From contig CAWHHI010000017.1 in assembly GCA_963829055.1 (NCBI GenBank), positions 64,001 to 128,000 of the forward strand: a stretch of 64,000 nucleotides of DNA, written 5' to 3'. Of this stretch, positions 61,200-64,000 are shown piece after piece. Source of the stretch: an uncultured Gemmatimonadaceae bacterium. Lineage in GTDB: Bacteria > Gemmatimonadota > Gemmatimonadetes > Gemmatimonadales > Gemmatimonadaceae. The position numbers and the translations under genes are program-made. The number at the start of each line of letters is the position of its first letter. Positions within the stretch are counted from its first letter, which is position 1. The notes under the pieces were generated by a model. That model saw only the letters and a program-made list of their open reading frames with translations. It was not told the origin of the DNA and did not search any database.

Positions 61200-61348
61200 G
61201 GAAGGGGCGGAGGGCGGGATGGCGGGAAGGCGGCAGCGAGCGGCAGCGAGGTCTCGCGACGACGCGCGCGGAGAACCGCGAATCCTGCTGCGTGCTGCGG
61301 CGCCGCAGTCCGCGCCATCCGCCTTCCGTCCTGAGCCCGTTCCTCCTT
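61200..61348. terminator. GC-rich hairpin between convergent genes
   Basis: Purine-rich GGAAGG...GGATGGCG arm after 61194 and complementary CGCCATCC...CCTTCC arm before 61352. Confidence 0.4.
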
Positions 61349-61351
61349 CCG

Positions 61352-62839
61352 CTATTGCGCGACGGGCCGCGGGAACTTCCCCTCCCTCGTCGCTGCCTGC
61401 CACGCGAAGATCGCGAAGATCATCGCCGACTGCTGCAGATCCTTCTCGCTGACACGTTCGTAGAAATCCGCGTTCGTGTGGTGCGTTCGCACGTCGTAAT
61501 CCCGGTAGTCCTTGAGCGTCGTGAAGCCCGGAATCCCCACCGCGGTAAAGCTCAGGTGATCCGTGTTTCCGATCTTGTCCACCGGATTGCGCTTCACGCC
61601 GAGCTCGCCTAACGCGCCCAGCCAGCCATCGAAGATCGCCTTGGCGCCGGCGTTCTCCTCGGTATAGAACCCGTACGTCGGCCCCATCCCTGGATCATCG
61701 TTGAGATACACCGCGATCGCGTCCCGTGCCGCCGCATCGTTCTTGAGATGCCGCTCCACATACGCCTTCGACCCCAGCAGCCCTTCCTCCTCCCCGCCCC
61801 ACAGCGCCAGGCGAATCGTCCGCTTCGGCTGCGCGCCCACCGCCTTGAGCATCCGCATTGCCTCGATGGCCGCAGCCACCGCGTCCGCGTTGTCCGTGGC
61901 GCCGGTTGCCGAATGCCACGAGTCGAGGTGCGCGCCAAGCAGTACCACCTCGTTCTTGAGTACCGGATCCGTCCCCGGAATCTCGGCGATCACGTTGTAG
62001 CCACTCGTGTCCGCCGCCTGGTACCTAACGCGCACCTCGGCCGCGAGCTTGACCGGCGTGCCATGCTGCGCCAGCCGCGCGATCATGTTGTAGTGTTCGG
62101 CCGCCATCACCACGCTCGGCACGGCATCATCCCGCGTGCCTCGGTTGCCGAGCACGAAGATGGTTCCGTGTTGGCCCTGATTCGGGCGGAGCACGAGACC
62201 GACGCCCAGCTGCTGCAGGATCGGCATCATCTCACGCACCGGCGTTAGGCCATCCGTGCGCAGCATTGGCGGTGCGCCGATGCGCACTCGCGCCTCCGTG
62301 TCGCCCGGCTGCGGACGGTCGGCCGAGATGAGCGCCTGTCCCTCCTGCGGCGGCTGCGGCAACACGATGGCGCCCTTTAGCTTCGCGCCCATCGCCTTGA
62401 TCTGCTCGGCCGTCTTGTCGCCGAGGTAGATGGGGTTCGTCGCGAGGACGCCGCGCGTCGATGGCGTCCACGCCTCCGGATAGCCCTCGAGCGGGAAATA
62501 GCGAGGCTGCGTCATCTCGAGGGTAAATTTCTCCAACGCCCAACCACGACCGAACGGGAACGGCTCGACAGCGACGTTGCTCATACCCCATTCTGTAAGG
62601 CGATCGCGCGTCCAGTCGACGGCACGCTTGAACCCGGGCGAGCCGGTGAGCCGCGGGCCGATCACGTCGGTGAGCGTGCGATAGCTCTCGAGCACACGTG
62701 AATGCGCTTGCGACTCGGCACTCAATCGCGCCATCATCGCGCGGTCGACGGACTCCTGCGCGGTGAGTGGTGTACAGATCGATGGCGCGACACCGATCGT
62801 GAGTGCGAGGGCGATACCAATCAAGGATTTGTGCAGCAT
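61352..62839 (-). CDS. Secreted M28 peptidase (carboxypeptidase Q-like)
   Basis: IGPRLTGSP, GAHLDSW..ATGATDNA, WGGEEEGLLGS, TDHLSF and HHTNAD motifs. Confidence 0.92.
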   Translation of the reverse strand: MLHKSLIGIALALTIGVAPSICTPLTAQESVDRAMMARLSAESQAHSRVLESYRTLTDVIGPRLTGSPGFKRAVDWTRDRLTEWGMSNVAVEPFPFGRGWALEKFTLEMTQPRYFPLEGYPEAWTPSTRGVLATNPIYLGDKTAEQIKAMGAKLKGAIVLPQPPQEGQALISADRPQPGDTEARVRIGAPPMLRTDGLTPVREMMPILQQLGVGLVLRPNQGQHGTIFVLGNRGTRDDAVPSVVMAAEHYNMIARLAQHGTPVKLAAEVRVRYQAADTSGYNVIAEIPGTDPVLKNEVVLLGAHLDSWHSATGATDNADAVAAAIEAMRMLKAVGAQPKRTIRLALWGGEEEGLLGSKAYVERHLKNDAAARDAIAVYLNDDPGMGPTYGFYTEENAGAKAIFDGWLGALGELGVKRNPVDKIGNTDHLSFTAVGIPGFTTLKDYRDYDVRTHHTNADFYERVSEKDLQQSAMIFAIFAWQAATREGKFPRPVAQ

Positions 62840-62960
62840 CGTTGGGCTAGCGTGAGAGTGGCGGTCCGAGGCTATCTTCCCGCTCGACGATGAGCGTCGC
62901 AAGGGCCGACAGCGTCGCGATGCGGAACCTGCAGGCCCAGCGATCCATCGATTATTCCAC

Positions 62961-63452
62961 ATGCCCCGAACGAGCCGACCCAATGTGAGCGCCGGTCTCC
63001 TCCTCTTCCGGCGGTCCGTCGCCGGACTGGAGGTGTTCATCGCCCATCCCGGCGGCCCGTTCTGGAAGGATCGCGATGCAGGCGCGTGGACCATTCCGAA
63101 GGGCATCGTCGAGCAAGGTGAGGATTTCCTCGATGCCGCGCGGCGGGAGTTCGAAGAAGAAACGAGCATTCAACCGATCGGTCCGTTCATTCCGCTCGGC
63201 AGCATCCGTCAGAAGGCCGGCAAGACCATTCACGCGTGGGCCTGGGAAGGGGATGCGGACCCGAGTGCGATCGTGAGCAACAGCATGCGGACGGAATGGC
63301 CGCGCGGCTCCGGACGTTGGATCGAGTTCCCCGAAGTTGATCGTTGCGAATGGGCCAATCCGGCGACCGCACGCGCGAAGATGAATCCGGCCCAGGCAGA
63401 GCTGGTGACCCGCCTCGAGGCCGCACTTGTGGGGAGCGACGCCGCGCCGTAG
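62961..63452 (+). CDS. NUDIX-domain protein (COG4119 type)
   Basis: SAGLLL, HPGGPFW, WTIPKG..AARREFEEET and FPEVDR motifs. Confidence 0.9.
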   Translation: MPRTSRPNVSAGLLLFRRSVAGLEVFIAHPGGPFWKDRDAGAWTIPKGIVEQGEDFLDAARREFEEETSIQPIGPFIPLGSIRQKAGKTIHAWAWEGDADPSAIVSNSMRTEWPRGSGRWIEFPEVDRCEWANPATARAKMNPAQAELVTRLEAALVGSDAAP

Positions 63453-63463
63453 CTATGCGGCCT

Positions 63464-64000
63464 ATGTCCAACTCCTCGACTCGGCCGACCTCGCTTCAGC
63501 GCCGCGACTTTCTTCGCGCCGGTGCGCTCGCCGCGGCAGCAACCGCGCTCGACGTCTCGCGTGGCGAGAGTGCGACGACCTCATCGCCCGCCGCGACGGC
63601 GCTCGCGCGAGCGCCCGAGAAGAATGCGTTCGAGCAGAATGCGTTCGAGCTCGAGGAGACGACGATCGCGGCGTTGCAGGACGGCATGCGTACCGGTCGG
63701 TACACCGCTCGCTCCATCACTGAGCTCTACCTCGGCCGCATGGACGCGGTCGACAAGGCGGGTCCCGCGATCAACTCGGTGATCGAGAGAAATCCGGACG
63801 CCGTCCGCATTGCCGAGGAGCGCGATGCCGAGCGAAAGGCCGGGCGCGTTCGCGGCCCGCTGCACGGCGTCCCCGTGCTGATCAAGGACAACATCGACAC
63901 CGCCGACCGCATGCGCACGAGCGCCGGTTCGCTCGCGCTCGGCGAATCGATCGCACCGCGTGACGCGTTCATCGCTGCACGGCTGCGCGAGGCCGGTGCG
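63464..64000 (+). CDS. Amidase-signature enzyme with Tat signal, 3'-truncated by the window edge
   Basis: QRRDFLRAG twin-arginine signal; FELEETTIAALQ; GPLHGVPVLIKDNIDT..MRTSAGSLAL. Absent from the ORF track because it has no stop. Confidence 0.9.
   Translation, partial: MSNSSTRPTSLQRRDFLRAGALAAAATALDVSRGESATTSSPAATALARAPEKNAFEQNAFELEETTIAALQDGMRTGRYTARSITELYLGRMDAVDKAGPAINSVIERNPDAVRIAEERDAERKAGRVRGPLHGVPVLIKDNIDTADRMRTSAGSLALGESIAPRDAFIAARLREAGA

Larger units (their letters stand above)
129..62249. repeat. Dispersed over-represented heptamer CCTAACG/CGTTAGG (58 exact copies by hand count)
   Basis: 34 CCTAACG (e.g. 129, 1212, 2482, 2788, 4079, 12962, 20584, 37096, 55162, 62024) and 24 CGTTAGG (e.g. 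2408, 4941, 14252, 25803, 45000, 46161, 53774, 56213, 62243). Only about 3 CCTAAC-nonG siblings seen (6062, 29852, 38058). Confidence 0.9.

Noticed and set aside
129..62249. GCCTAAC/GTTAGGC read as integron attC inverse-core and core sites
   Set aside because: The words match RYYYAAC/GTTRRRY, but they lie mostly inside genes, are not paired into 60-140 bp hairpins after stop codons, and no integrase or cassette array is present.
63620..63650. Short duplication encoding NAFEQNAFE in the amidase
   Set aside because: It is an in-frame 15-bp duplication in a linker after the signal peptide with no evident significance.

Overview
High-GC (roughly 68-70% by eye) bacterial chromosomal segment, most consistent with a Gemmatimonadota-like soil organism. 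That is an inference from five acidobacterial-type duplicated orphan permeases with a PadR, a SusC/SusD pair, many secreted peptidases and hydrolases, and three LytS/LytTR two-component systems. More than 15 genes are split by 1-nt indels, which looks like uncorrected long-read error rather than real decay. I found no rRNA, tRNA, CRISPR array, transposase or integrase. Most notable: (1) the non-palindromic heptamer CCTAACG/CGTTAGG occurs 58 times by hand count (about 7 expected), mostly inside genes, in several frames and often via rare codons, suggesting a DNA-level signal; (2) a CmoA carboxy-SAM synthase is translationally coupled to an ICMT/PEMT-family membrane methyltransferase rather than CmoB; (3) a 53-aa peptide ORF missing from the ORF track, with a strong RBS, is coupled to a DUF6895-like enzyme, a RiPP-like layout; (4) several families of large structured intergenic palindromes are present, one nested inside another and one supplying a gene's start codon; (5) a PrimPol-LigC-AlkD repair cluster.
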